A stretch of DNA of 64,000 nucleotides. It comes from Chloroflexota bacterium (GTDB lineage Bacteria; Chloroflexota; UBA6077; FW602-bin22). Shown piece by piece: positions 36,458 through 45,712 of the stretch (positions within the stretch are counted from its first letter, which is position 1; each line of letters starts with the position of its first letter). The translations under genes and the position numbers were made by a program. A model generated the notes under the pieces. It ran no database searches and was not told the origin of the DNA. It was given only the letters and a program-made list of their open reading frames with translations. Where the stretch lies: contig SCUE01000016.1 of assembly GCA_004297775.1 (NCBI GenBank), forward strand, positions 41,666 through 105,665. Direction: 5' to 3'.

Positions 36458-37300
36458 ATGATCGATCCCCGACTGAACGGTCGAGTCGCCGTCGTCACCG
36501 GCGCGAACCACGGAATTGGCGCGGCGACCGCGCGGGCGCTTGCCGCCCAGGGAGCGGCCGTCTTCCTCACGTACTTGCGGCTGCCGATCTCGCCAAAGGA
36601 TCTCGGCGCCGATTTGAACGTGCCGGGTCGCCCGCTCTACCACCATCGACAGGCACAGTCCGCCGACGCGGTCGTGGCGGCGCTCCGCGCCGCGGACGGT
36701 CGCGCCGACTCCTGGGAAGCCGACCTTGCCGATCCGGCGACGGTGCCGGCGCTGTTCGACCGCGCCGAGGCGGCTTTCGGGGCGGTCGAGATCCTGGTGA
36801 ACAACGCCACCCACTGCGTCCTGACGACACTCCGTCCCGAAGGAAGCGTCCATCCCACGATCACGGCTGACGAGCACGATCGGCACTTCGCGGTCAACAG
36901 CCGGGCGCCAGCCATGTTGATGGCCGAGTTCGCGCGCCGCCACGTCGCGCGGGGCGCCAACTGGGGTCGGATCGTGAACGTCAGCACCGACGCGGCCCAC
37001 GCCCATCCCGACAATGTCGCCTACTCCGCCTCGAAGCACGCGCTCGAGAGCTGGAGCCGCTCGGCGGCAGCCGAACTCGGCCGGTACGGGATCACCGTGA
37101 ATGTCGTTGCACCCGGTCCGATTCAGACCGGCTGGCTCCCGCTTGAGACGGCGTCCGACATCGCGCTCGCCACTCCTCTGGGCCGCGTCGGGGAACCGGA
37201 GGACGTCGCGGACGTGATTGTGTTTCTTGCTTCCGAACCGGCACGTTGGCTGACCGGTCAACTCCTGTACGTCGGCGGTGGGTACTGGATGTCGCAGTAG
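36458..37300 (+). CDS. Short-chain dehydrogenase/reductase (SDR)
   Basis: VAVVTGANHGIGAATARAL, NNAT, YSASKHALES (YxxxK). Confidence 0.85.
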   Translation: MIDPRLNGRVAVVTGANHGIGAATARALAAQGAAVFLTYLRLPISPKDLGADLNVPGRPLYHHRQAQSADAVVAALRAADGRADSWEADLADPATVPALFDRAEAAFGAVEILVNNATHCVLTTLRPEGSVHPTITADEHDRHFAVNSRAPAMLMAEFARRHVARGANWGRIVNVSTDAAHAHPDNVAYSASKHALESWSRSAAAELGRYGITVNVVAPGPIQTGWLPLETASDIALATPLGRVGEPEDVADVIVFLASEPARWLTGQLLYVGGGYWMSQ

Positions 37301-37367
37301 GGCGCCGACGTGCGCGCCGAGATCAGGTCTGCCGCCACCGCGAGCGCGACAGATAGAGTTCGCAACG

Positions 37368-38225
37368 ATGGCGCGCATCCGATTGATCGCGACCGACCTC
37401 GATGGCACTCTCCTGAGGCCAGACGGGCGCGTGTCGGATCGCACTCGCCTGGCGTTGACCGATGCGCGAGCGCGCGGCGTCAGAATCGTGCTGGCTACAG
37501 CCAGGCCAGTGCGAACCGCCCGGATGGTCGCGGCAGAGGCAGCGGCGGATGACCTGCTGATCTGCTCGAATGGCGCGATTGTGTACGACCTCGCCCGCGA
37601 GATCGTCGTGGCGCATCACCCGATCGCGCAAGATACCGTGCGGGCCGTCATCGTCGCTTTGCGCGACGCGATCCCGGGAACGTGCTTCGCTTTCGAACTG
37701 GGGTTGCGATGGGTCGCCGAGAAAGCTTGGACAGAGCTTCGCGATGATTGCGAATGCCATGGCGATGACGCATTGCACCTGTGCGACGAGCCAGCGACGA
37801 AACTCATCGTCCGTCATCCGACGGCCTCGGTCGCGGAGCTTCTGGAGGCAGTGCGCGCGTTGGGCCGCGACGACGTGACTGCCACGCACTCGGGAGCGCC
37901 GTTTGTCGAGCTGTCGGCGGCCGGTGTGAACAAGGCGAAGGCGCTCGGCGAGTTGTGTCAGGGTCTGGGCGTCCCGCCAGAGGATGTCATGGCATTTGGC
38001 GACATGCCGAACGACATCCCGATGCTCGGCTGGGCCGGGCGTGGAATCGCGGTGGCGAATGCTCACGCAGACGTTCTCGCGGCGGCCGATGAGTTCACCG
38101 GTTCGAATGCGGAGGACGGCGTCGCGGCCGCGTTGGAGCGGATCTTCCCGCGGGATGCTCTTGTGGTTGCCCGCGAACGCGAGTTCGCATGCCTGACGCG
38201 CATCGAAGACGCGCCACGGTCGTGA
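37368..38225 (+). CDS. Cof-type HAD-IIB hydrolase
   Basis: LIATDLDGTLL (motif I), LATARP, GDMPNDIPML (motif III/IV). Confidence 0.85.
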   Translation: MARIRLIATDLDGTLLRPDGRVSDRTRLALTDARARGVRIVLATARPVRTARMVAAEAAADDLLICSNGAIVYDLAREIVVAHHPIAQDTVRAVIVALRDAIPGTCFAFELGLRWVAEKAWTELRDDCECHGDDALHLCDEPATKLIVRHPTASVAELLEAVRALGRDDVTATHSGAPFVELSAAGVNKAKALGELCQGLGVPPEDVMAFGDMPNDIPMLGWAGRGIAVANAHADVLAAADEFTGSNAEDGVAAALERIFPRDALVVAREREFACLTRIEDAPRS

Positions 38226-38920
38226 CCGACGGCAACCCCTGGCACGAACGCGCCGAAGCGTACGCTCGGGTCGTCGCCGGGCGTGAGCAAGGCGAGTCCA
38301 CGAGTTCGCCGCTTGTCGCGCGACTGTTCGAGTGCCTCGGGGATGTGACTGACAAGGATGTGCTCGATGCCGGTTGCGGCGAGGGATTCCTTTCACGAAT
38401 CCTGGTCGCGCGCGGCGCGCGCGTCACCGGCGTGGATGTCTCCCCGCGTCTGGTCGATTTGGCGCGCGGGCGAGACCCGTCCGGCACGATCGAGTATCGC
38501 GTGGCCGACCTGAGCCGTCCCCTGCCAGATCTTGCGGAGCGCTTCGACCGTGTCGCGAGCATGCTCGTTCTCAACGACGTTGCCGACTTCATTGGCTTCG
38601 CCAACACCCTGTACTCGCTGGCCCGGCCTGGGGCGCGCGCCGCGCTCTTGTTCAACAACCCCTACTCATTTCCGATGCGCGGAGACGGCCACGTCCTGGA
38701 CTATTTCGCATCCGGCACACAGGGTGTGTATGGCGGTATGTCGAACCTCCTTGGCAACACAGTTCGGTATCACCACCGCACGCTTGAAGAGTACGTCGAC
38801 GCCTTCCTCGGCGCCGGATGGCGCCTGACAAAGCTCGCCGATGTCGCACACCGGCCGCCACCGCCGCCAGGCGAGAGCCGAATCTCATTCTTCATGATCC
38901 TGGCATTCGACAAGATGTAG
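38222..38920 (+). CDS. Class I SAM-dependent methyltransferase
   Basis: GTGA overlap start at 38222. VLDAGCGEGFLSRIL (motif I), LARPGARAALLF. Confidence 0.75.
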   Translation: MTDGNPWHERAEAYARVVAGREQGESTSSPLVARLFECLGDVTDKDVLDAGCGEGFLSRILVARGARVTGVDVSPRLVDLARGRDPSGTIEYRVADLSRPLPDLAERFDRVASMLVLNDVADFIGFANTLYSLARPGARAALLFNNPYSFPMRGDGHVLDYFASGTQGVYGGMSNLLGNTVRYHHRTLEEYVDAFLGAGWRLTKLADVAHRPPPPPGESRISFFMILAFDKM

Positions 38921-38959
38921 GATGGCGGGGGATTCGGCTCGTCTCCGGGCTCGTGGAAT

Positions 38960-39736
38960 CTATGCTCGGCCGACGCAGACGAACATGTTCGCCACGTAGA
39001 CGTAGTCCCCTCGCTCGGCCCGCCCGGCCAGATCGGCACGCCAGCGTTGGAGATCGGCGTCGGTCAAGTCGCTGACGTTCGCGACCAACTGCGCATCGAA
39101 TTGCGTATGTCGCCAGCCAAATAATGGTTCCCGGTACTCCGTGTTGACGAGCGGGAGAACGTGAAGCTTCGCGTCGCGGAATCCGGCGGCCCTGAACAGG
39201 CCCCATAGATGTCGCCCCATCTGACCGTCACTCGCACCGTATCCGGCAAATGTCGCATCCGCGTAGGCCTTGACTGCGCGGCGACCCAGATCGCGGTCGT
39301 CCGATGTGTACACCTGGCTCTCGTAGTCATCGTGCGCGACGACTACCCGTCCGTCGGGGCGCACAACGCGCCGCATCTCGCGCAGTGGGCGCTCCCGGTC
39401 GGGAACGGCCTCCAGCACGTCGACGCTGAACGCGGCGGTGAACGACGCGTCTCGAAAAGGTAGGTTCGACGCGTCGGCGGCGACAGCCCGAAATACTGGA
39501 CCGCCGGCGGCCCGACCGATTGCGAGCCGACCGAGACCGCCTTCTCCGTACTCGACGCCTATCGCCGAGCCAGTCGGCCCCACGCGCGCGGCGACGTAGC
39601 GAAGCGCCTGACATTCCCCGGCGCCGACATCCAGCACCCGGTCGCCTGGACGCGGATTCAGAAGCCGCATCAGCGTCAGCCATCGCTGACGACGATCGGG
39701 TGATGGCCACAAGGCGCGCGCGTTCGCGTCGGTCAT
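38960..39736 (-). CDS. Class I SAM-dependent methyltransferase
   Basis: ATG at 39736 (MTDANARAL...). RVLDVGAGECQAL (motif I), VVRPDGRVVVAH. The upstream 92 codons of the track ORF overlap the ZIP gene and are Arg-rich. Confidence 0.75.
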   Translation of the reverse strand: MTDANARALWPSPDRRQRWLTLMRLLNPRPGDRVLDVGAGECQALRYVAARVGPTGSAIGVEYGEGGLGRLAIGRAAGGPVFRAVAADASNLPFRDASFTAAFSVDVLEAVPDRERPLREMRRVVRPDGRVVVAHDDYESQVYTSDDRDLGRRAVKAYADATFAGYGASDGQMGRHLWGLFRAAGFRDAKLHVLPLVNTEYREPLFGWRHTQFDAQLVANVSDLTDADLQRWRADLAGRAERGDYVYVANMFVCVGRA

Positions 39737-39753
39737 TGCGCTCGCACGCCAGC

Positions 39754-40956
39754 CTACTTCATCAACAAACCGGTGACGTACATCACGAGCATTCCAGCCG
39801 CGACGCCGGAGAAGGCGACGAACGGGGCCGGGTCGCGGACGGCGTCCTTGCGAATCAAGCGACCGATCTCCCAGGCAACCTGGAACACGGCTCCGGCGCC
39901 GATGGCGAGGAACAGCGCGCCGAGCGGTAGCGAGTACGTGAAACCGCCGATCCACGTCCCGACGATCGCGGGCGCACCGGCAATCAGGCCGAGGACGGCT
40001 AACCGCCGCCACGATGGACGGTCGCGCGCGATCGGCGCCACCACGCCGAGCCCCTCGGTGATGTTCTGGATGACGAAGCCGACGACCAGGAACGATCCGA
40101 GCGCCATCTCACCGAGCGCGTAGGCCGCGCCGATCGCGAGCCCTTCACCCAGGTTGTGGGCACCAATCCCGACCGCGATCGTCGACGCGATGGCCAGACG
40201 CTGACTTGTCTCGCTCCTCGACGTCGCGTCGCGGCGACGGCTGATCGCCTCCAGCAGGAGCGCGGTCAGGACGATCCCAAGGCCAACGAGCGCCATTCCC
40301 TGGAACGGGCTTGCGATCTTGCCAGTCAGCTCGATGGCCTCGGATGTCGCGTCGATCCCCAGGAAAATCAACAATCCGACCGTGAGTGCCATCAGGAAGG
40401 TGAATGCGCGCCGACCGACCGAACGGAGCGCGGGGTACCAGAGGAGCCCGAGCGCAACCGGGATCACGCCGACGTAGACGCCGATCGCGGTGAACGACAG
40501 CAGCAACTCCCAGGTCGGCGTTGGCGTCTCGAACGCGGCCGGAATCTCGTGGACGATCGGGATCGCATCCGAGGTGATGATCTTGATTTCGTAGGGTTCG
40601 GCCTTGACCCAGGCGTATTGGATGTTGATCGTCGCGCGGTCGAGCCTGCCGAGAGTCGGGCCCGGATCGACGAGCGCCGGCCAGACGGCGTCGTTCACGA
40701 TCACCTGGGCAATCGTGAGTTCCCGTGGGCCGACATTCCGCACGTTCAGGTGGAATCCCTCGGGGCCGATGACGCTGCGCTCGATGTCGAGTTTGTTGAT
40801 CGGCGCGGGCGCCTCGAGGTCGAGACCGGCGTTGGTCGTGACGAAGAGCGCGATCACCGCCGCGAGCAGTACCAACGGCAGCATGAACAGCCCCGCCATG
40901 CGAAGCGGTGACGGCGCGGTGGGGCGCGGCCGCCGAGCGGCGACTGATTCGGCCAC
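39754..40956 (-). CDS. ZIP-family metal cation transporter with a large N-terminal extracytoplasmic domain
   Basis: IGAHNLGEGLAIGAAYA and VIQNITEGLGVVAPI are ZIP signature helices. There is an N-terminal TM helix plus an about 130-aa soluble domain. Confidence 0.8.
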   Translation of the reverse strand: MAESVAARRPRPTAPSPLRMAGLFMLPLVLLAAVIALFVTTNAGLDLEAPAPINKLDIERSVIGPEGFHLNVRNVGPRELTIAQVIVNDAVWPALVDPGPTLGRLDRATINIQYAWVKAEPYEIKIITSDAIPIVHEIPAAFETPTPTWELLLSFTAIGVYVGVIPVALGLLWYPALRSVGRRAFTFLMALTVGLLIFLGIDATSEAIELTGKIASPFQGMALVGLGIVLTALLLEAISRRRDATSRSETSQRLAIASTIAVGIGAHNLGEGLAIGAAYALGEMALGSFLVVGFVIQNITEGLGVVAPIARDRPSWRRLAVLGLIAGAPAIVGTWIGGFTYSLPLGALFLAIGAGAVFQVAWEIGRLIRKDAVRDPAPFVAFSGVAAGMLVMYVTGLLMK

Positions 40957-40969
40957 TGACGTACCTCTC

Positions 40970-41356
40970 CTACGCGCCGATGGTGATCGCGCCGGTCATA
41001 CCGGCCGGGGCGTGGCCGGGGATCGTGCAGGCGTACTCGAACGTGCCGCTCGTCTTTGGGGTGAAGCTCACGGTCGCGCGCTCGCCGGGTTTGAGAATCT
41101 CGGGGAGGAACGTGTCGGTCACGGCCGGATCGAGCTTCAGGTTGTGCTCGATCTTGCCGGCATTGACGATCGTGAGTAAGGCGGGCTGCCCGGAGCGGAG
41201 CAAGACGCCCTTCGGCTTGATCGCGAATTCACTGAGCGTGACCGTCGCGGCGGACCGATCGCCGCCGCACCCGACTGCGAAGAGGGCGAGCGCGGTGACC
41301 GCGATCGCGGCGAGAAGTGTGCGCGTTCTTGAAACCATTCCGTGTGTCCTTGTCAC
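40970..41356 (-). CDS. Cupredoxin (plastocyanin/azurin-like) lipoprotein
   Basis: Lipobox LFAVGCGG. The C-terminal type-1 copper site is YACTIPGHAPAGMTGAITI (Cys, His, Met). Confidence 0.8.
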   Translation of the reverse strand: MTRTHGMVSRTRTLLAAIAVTALALFAVGCGGDRSAATVTLSEFAIKPKGVLLRSGQPALLTIVNAGKIEHNLKLDPAVTDTFLPEILKPGERATVSFTPKTSGTFEYACTIPGHAPAGMTGAITIGA

Positions 41357-42444
41357 GCCTCGACCTCGAACAGGCCGGTCCAGCCGAGCTCCGCGAACTC
41401 GGTCTTGTGGGCATGGAACAGGAACTGGCCCGGGTGCTTGTAGGAGAACTCCAGTATCCCCCGCTGGCCCTGGCCCTGAACGATCGTATCGGTGAACTCG
41501 GCCGGCTGCAGCGAGGTCCCGGTCGGGTAGTAGTTGAAGAAGTTGGCGTGCAGGTGAAACGAGTTGATCTGGTCGAACTCGAGGATGTTGACGAGGTAGA
41601 CGCGAATCTTCTCGCCGACCCGGAGCTTGATCGGGTTGTTCTGGTAGAAGAAGATCGGACCGTTGATGGCGTAGAACTCGTTCTCGCCGTCGAAGTCGAT
41701 GTCCCAGCCGTGCTGCACCATCACGAATTCGCGGTCGGCCTTCGGCCGCCCCGGCTTCGGGTCGACGATGAACGCGCCGTAGAGGCCCTTTGCGATGTGC
41801 TTGGCCAGGGGCATCGTGTGGCAGTGGTAGAGATGCAGGCCGAACGGTTCGGCGTCGAACTCGTAGACGAATGATTTGCCCGGCTCGATGTTCTCGAAGA
41901 CCCCGTCCATGTTGGCCGGATGGATGCCGTGGAAGTGCATCGTGTGCGGGTGGTCGGAGCCGTTGGTGAACTTGATGCGCAGAAGATCGCCTTCGGTCGC
42001 GCGGAAGGTCGGTCCCGGGATCTGACCGTTGAAGGTCCAGGCCGGGAACATCACGCCTGGCGCGACCTCGACGTCCTTGTTGAACGAGACGACCTCATAC
42101 TCGCGCAGCGTCCGACCGTCGGGTAGCCGCGAGACCTTGCCGTAGTCGAAGGCGGTCAGGAATGCCATCGGGTCGAAGCCTTCCAGCTTCTGGAGTTTCT
42201 CGGCGACAACTCCCGGCAGCGGCATCTGATGGGTGCTGGGCATGCCCGCCAGAGGAACGTCGCCGGTGTGGTGCTGCTGGGCGAGCGGAACGCCCTTCAT
42301 CAACGTTGATTGAACTGGCGCGACAGCCGGACTGGCGCAGGCGGCGAGGAGCGCCCCGGCCGCGCTTGCGGCCGCGACGATGCCGCCTTGCACGATCTTG
42401 CGGCGTGAGACGCCCATCCGGATGAGACTAGGCGTGATTTGCAC
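41353..42444 (-). CDS. Tat-exported two-domain multicopper oxidase (NirK-like fold)
   Basis: GTG at 42444 after AGGAG. Twin-arginine MGVSRRKIVQGG. HPHTMHFHGIH (HxH), LYHCHTMPLAKHIAKGLYG (HCH plus type-1 ligands), FLFHAHK. Confidence 0.85.
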   Translation of the reverse strand: MQITPSLIRMGVSRRKIVQGGIVAAASAAGALLAACASPAVAPVQSTLMKGVPLAQQHHTGDVPLAGMPSTHQMPLPGVVAEKLQKLEGFDPMAFLTAFDYGKVSRLPDGRTLREYEVVSFNKDVEVAPGVMFPAWTFNGQIPGPTFRATEGDLLRIKFTNGSDHPHTMHFHGIHPANMDGVFENIEPGKSFVYEFDAEPFGLHLYHCHTMPLAKHIAKGLYGAFIVDPKPGRPKADREFVMVQHGWDIDFDGENEFYAINGPIFFYQNNPIKLRVGEKIRVYLVNILEFDQINSFHLHANFFNYYPTGTSLQPAEFTDTIVQGQGQRGILEFSYKHPGQFLFHAHKTEFAELGWTGLFEVEA

Positions 42445-42497
42445 CGTCGCTCCTCTCCAGGACTACGTTGTCTCGACTCAGAGTTTAGGTCCGACTA

Positions 42498-42526
42498 AAG
42501 TTAGTCCGTGCTTTGCTATCTGTCAA
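42498..42526 (-). promoter_or_regulatory. Near-consensus sigma-70-type promoter for the copper operon, overlapped by a palindrome
   Basis: The minus strand reads TTGACA (42526-42521), a 17-nt spacer, then TAACTT (42503-42498). The palindrome GACTAA-AG-TTAGTC (42493-42506) overlaps the -10. Confidence 0.5.
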
Positions 42527-42647
42527 GATCTTCGCCCAGGCGTGATCGAACGGCCGAGTTCGGGTACGCCCTCGCATCGGTAGCCGGCCGTGTCGATGTA
42601 CTGTCCCCCGGGGAGGAAGCGGTTCGGCGTCCAATGCGAGACTCGAG

Positions 42648-42869
42648 TCATCCTCGGCGCGTCCACCACCGCCGAAGTGCGACCCCCGACCACACCATCT
42701 CGACCAGGCCGAACGGCCAGGCGCCTTGCAGGAAGCCGTAGGCTGACGACGCCAGGCAGGCTCCGGCGAACGCGAGGACGAACCAGGGCGAGCGTCCCTC
42801 GATGGCATAGAAGAACAGCATCGCGCTGACCGCGACCGCGCCAAAGGCCGTCAGTGGGTCCAGGTGCAC
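42648..42869 (-). CDS. Small two-TM membrane protein, conserved hypothetical
   Basis: 73 aa. LTAFGAVAVSAMLFFYAIE and FVLAFAGACLASSAYGFLQGAWPFGLVEMVWSGVALRRW. Good GC3 bias. Confidence 0.5.
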   Translation of the reverse strand: MHLDPLTAFGAVAVSAMLFFYAIEGRSPWFVLAFAGACLASSAYGFLQGAWPFGLVEMVWSGVALRRWWTRRG

Positions 42870-43274
42870 CCTCGGAGCAGGTCTCTGCGCGTCCGACGCG
42901 TGCCGAACCGGTTCATCGCAGGAGCATCGTCATCAGCCCGAGCAGGATCAACGAGAGGAAGAAAATTGCGGCGATCGTGGCCGCGACGATGAATGCAATC
43001 GCTTTCCGCGTTGGCGTCACGATCGCGAGTGTGGCACCGCTTGCCGTGAGGCTGCCACCGGTACCGCGACGGATGACGGACGGGTCAACCGACATCGACC
43101 AGGCCCGTGAGGTTCGCCGCGCTTTTTCGGGGAACCACTTCGATCATCGGGAATGGCCCACCGGTGTCGATGGTAGGCGGGCATCTTGCCCGCGATCCGT
43201 GTGAGCCCGGATCGTCCGGATCCGATCGCCGCGGCATTGTGCCACGTCATTGCGAGCGCGATCCAGCGATCTAA

Positions 43275-43329
43275 CACGCCGATTGACACGTGAGTTCCCA
43301 TGCTGGTACTGTGCCGGTCAATCGGCGTG
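43275..43329. promoter_or_regulatory. 13-bp perfect inverted repeat bracketing a promoter-like element upstream of the sugar ABC operon
   Basis: CACGCCGATTGAC (43275-43287) and GTCAATCGGCGTG (43317-43329). TTGACA (43283-43288), an 18-nt spacer, then TACTGT lie between and within the arms. It sits about 70 nt upstream of the 43396 start. Confidence 0.5.
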
Positions 43330-43395
43330 TATGGAAGTGGCGTCGCGCCATGGGCTGTGCCGGCCAGCGCTGGTAAGTGAAAGAGGAGAAGGATC

Positions 43396-44781
43396 GTGGC
43401 GTTCGGTGTCGCGCGTCTGAGTCGTCGTCGCTTGATCGGCGTTGGTGTCATGTTTGGGGCGGGGGCCTTGCTCGCGGCGTGCCAACCGGCCGCCACGCCA
43501 GCCCCGGCCAAGCCAGCCGAGCCAGCCAAGGCCGCCGAGAAGCCAGCCGAGAAACCAGCCGAGCCAAAGCCAGCCGCTCAGGCACCGGCCGCCGGCGCGG
43601 GGTCGAAGATCCTCCTGCGCCTCAATGGCATCGATCCTCCGGGACAGACGTTCGCGAACGATTTCATCGCGAAGTACAACCAGGACAAGAAGGTCAGCGT
43701 CGAGATCGACTACACGGACTGGGCGAGTTCATTCCAGAAGATCACGACCGGCATCGCTGGCGGAACCGCGCCCGATATCTTCATCGGCGGCGGCCTTTGG
43801 ACGCCGGTCATGGCCGACAAGGGCGGCTCGCTGGAACTCGATAGCTACGTCAAGGGCATGAAGGATTGGGAAGACTGGTACGACGTCGCTCGCAAGGATG
43901 TCGCCTGGAAGGGCAAGATCTACGCCATTCCGTACCGGATGAACTCCCGCGGCAACATCATCTACCGGAAGAGCCTCTTCCAGAAAGCCGGTCTGGATCC
44001 AGCCAAGCCGCCGCAGAACTGGAAGGATGCCCTGGAGATGGCGGCCAAGCTGACGCAGAAGGAAGGCGACAAGTATCTGGTCGCCGGCTGGCACATCGTC
44101 TTCAACCCGACCGATTCGACGCAGCAGTACGAGGATGCCCTGTTCCAGATGGGCGGAAGTTACTTGAATGAGGAGCGCACCGCGCCGACGAACAACACGC
44201 CCGAAGGTGAGGCCGCGCTTCAGTTCTGGGTCGATTTCGCCGAGAAGGGAATCCTGCCGCGCCAAGGCATGGATTCCGGCGTCCCAAACCTGAACGCGTA
44301 CACGGCTGGCAAGATCGCGCTGTACCCCGGTTGGCCGCAGGACATGCTCAATACCAAGCTGAACGCGCCGCAGGTCTGGGACGATACGCTCACCGCCTCG
44401 CCGCTCATGCAGAAGATCCGCTCCTATCAGATCTACGTCGACAAGTATTTCATCTTCAAGAAGACGAAGGTCGCGGATCAGTCCTGGGAGTTGGTCAACG
44501 CACTCACCTCGCCCGAGGTCAACAACAATCTTGGCATCGGAGGAACGTGGGGACTTCCGGCTCGTAAGGCTTCCGAGTCGGCTGAAATTTTCAAGGACTC
44601 GAGGATGAAGGTGTTCGTCGAGAACGTCAAGTACGGCCGGCCGCGTCAGGTCGTGCCGCAGCACTTCGACGTCCAGCCGGCGATGGGTCGACACGTCGAA
44701 GCAGCGTTCAAGGGCGCCAAGTCAGTCAAACAGGCGCTCAAGGATATGGACGAGGAAGTCACCAAGATCTTGAAGGGTTAG
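43396..44781 (+). CDS. ABC transporter extracellular solute-binding lipoprotein (carbohydrate type)
   Basis: SRRRLIGVGVMFGAGALLAAC (Tat-like plus lipobox), a Pro/Ala/Lys/Glu linker, and family-1 SBP length and blocks (YRMNSRGNIIYRK, LYPGWPQ). Confidence 0.85.
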   Translation: MAFGVARLSRRRLIGVGVMFGAGALLAACQPAATPAPAKPAEPAKAAEKPAEKPAEPKPAAQAPAAGAGSKILLRLNGIDPPGQTFANDFIAKYNQDKKVSVEIDYTDWASSFQKITTGIAGGTAPDIFIGGGLWTPVMADKGGSLELDSYVKGMKDWEDWYDVARKDVAWKGKIYAIPYRMNSRGNIIYRKSLFQKAGLDPAKPPQNWKDALEMAAKLTQKEGDKYLVAGWHIVFNPTDSTQQYEDALFQMGGSYLNEERTAPTNNTPEGEAALQFWVDFAEKGILPRQGMDSGVPNLNAYTAGKIALYPGWPQDMLNTKLNAPQVWDDTLTASPLMQKIRSYQIYVDKYFIFKKTKVADQSWELVNALTSPEVNNNLGIGGTWGLPARKASESAEIFKDSRMKVFVENVKYGRPRQVVPQHFDVQPAMGRHVEAAFKGAKSVKQALKDMDEEVTKILKG

Positions 44782-44787
44782 CCAGGG

Positions 44788-45711
44788 GTGCCTTCAGCGT
44801 CGCTGCGCGGTTCGGCCGCGGTTCGACTCGGTTCGCGTCGCGGCTGGACGCACCGCCAGACGGTCGCCGGCTACATCTTCGTCGCGCCTTCGCTGATCTT
44901 CCTGCTCATCTTCGTCGTCTACCCGATCTTCGCCGCGCTCTACTTCAGCTTCACGAAGTACGAACTGCTTCAAGCCCCGAAATTCATCGGTTTCGACAAC
45001 TTCGTCAACCTGATCGACGACAAGCGATTCTTCGGCGCCATCTGGAACACCGTCCTCTTCGCGGTCATGACCGTCCCCATCGGCACCGCCCTCTCGTTGT
45101 TTCTCGCGATGGCGATCAATCAACCGCTGCGCGGCATCACCGTTTTCCGGACCGCCTACTACACCCCGGTCGTTACCTCATTCGTCGCGGTCTCATTTAT
45201 CTGGCTGTGGCTCTACGAACCGCAGTTCGGCATCCTGAACACCCTGTTCGAGGCAGTCGGCCTGCCGCGGCTGCACTGGCTGCGCGACCCGTCGACCGCC
45301 ATGCTCTCGATCGCGATCCTCTCCGTCTGGAAGAACGTTGGCTACAACATGGTCATCTACCTGGCCGGGCTCCAGGGCATTCCCGAGCACCTCTATGAAG
45401 CGGCGCTGGTCGATGGCGCCGGTCCCATTCAGCGCTTTCGCTACATCACGGTGCCGCTTCTCAGTCCGACGACGTTCTTCGTTTTCGTCGTCTACTTCAT
45501 CGGCGCGTTACAGATGTTCGTTCAGTCGTGGATCCTCACCCAGGGCGGGCCGCTCGATTCGACGCTCACGGTCGTGTACCTCATCTATCTGAACGGCTTC
45601 GAGTACTTGAAGATGGGCTACGCCGCGGCGATGTCGTTCCTTCTGTTCGTCATCATCGCGATCGTCACCTACATCAATACGCGCATCATCCGCTACGACG
45701 AGTACTACTGA
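44788..45711 (+). CDS. Carbohydrate ABC transporter permease
   Basis: Six TM helices. EAA loop YEAALVDGAGPIQRFRYITVPLL. Confidence 0.85.
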   Translation: MPSASLRGSAAVRLGSRRGWTHRQTVAGYIFVAPSLIFLLIFVVYPIFAALYFSFTKYELLQAPKFIGFDNFVNLIDDKRFFGAIWNTVLFAVMTVPIGTALSLFLAMAINQPLRGITVFRTAYYTPVVTSFVAVSFIWLWLYEPQFGILNTLFEAVGLPRLHWLRDPSTAMLSIAILSVWKNVGYNMVIYLAGLQGIPEHLYEAALVDGAGPIQRFRYITVPLLSPTTFFVFVVYFIGALQMFVQSWILTQGGPLDSTLTVVYLIYLNGFEYLKMGYAAAMSFLLFVIIAIVTYINTRIIRYDEYY

Positions 45712-45712
45712 T

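Noticed and set aside
42913-43095. 60-aa minus-strand ORF with a C-terminal hydrophobic helix.
   Set aside because: There is no RBS, no family resemblance, and it sits at the ORF length threshold. This is insufficient to call.
43490-43600. Repetitive GCCAGCCGAG-type sequence.
   Set aside because: It encodes the Pro/Ala/Lys/Glu linker (PAKPAEPAKAAEKPAEKPAEPKPAA) after the lipobox of the solute-binding protein, a common feature and not an independent element.
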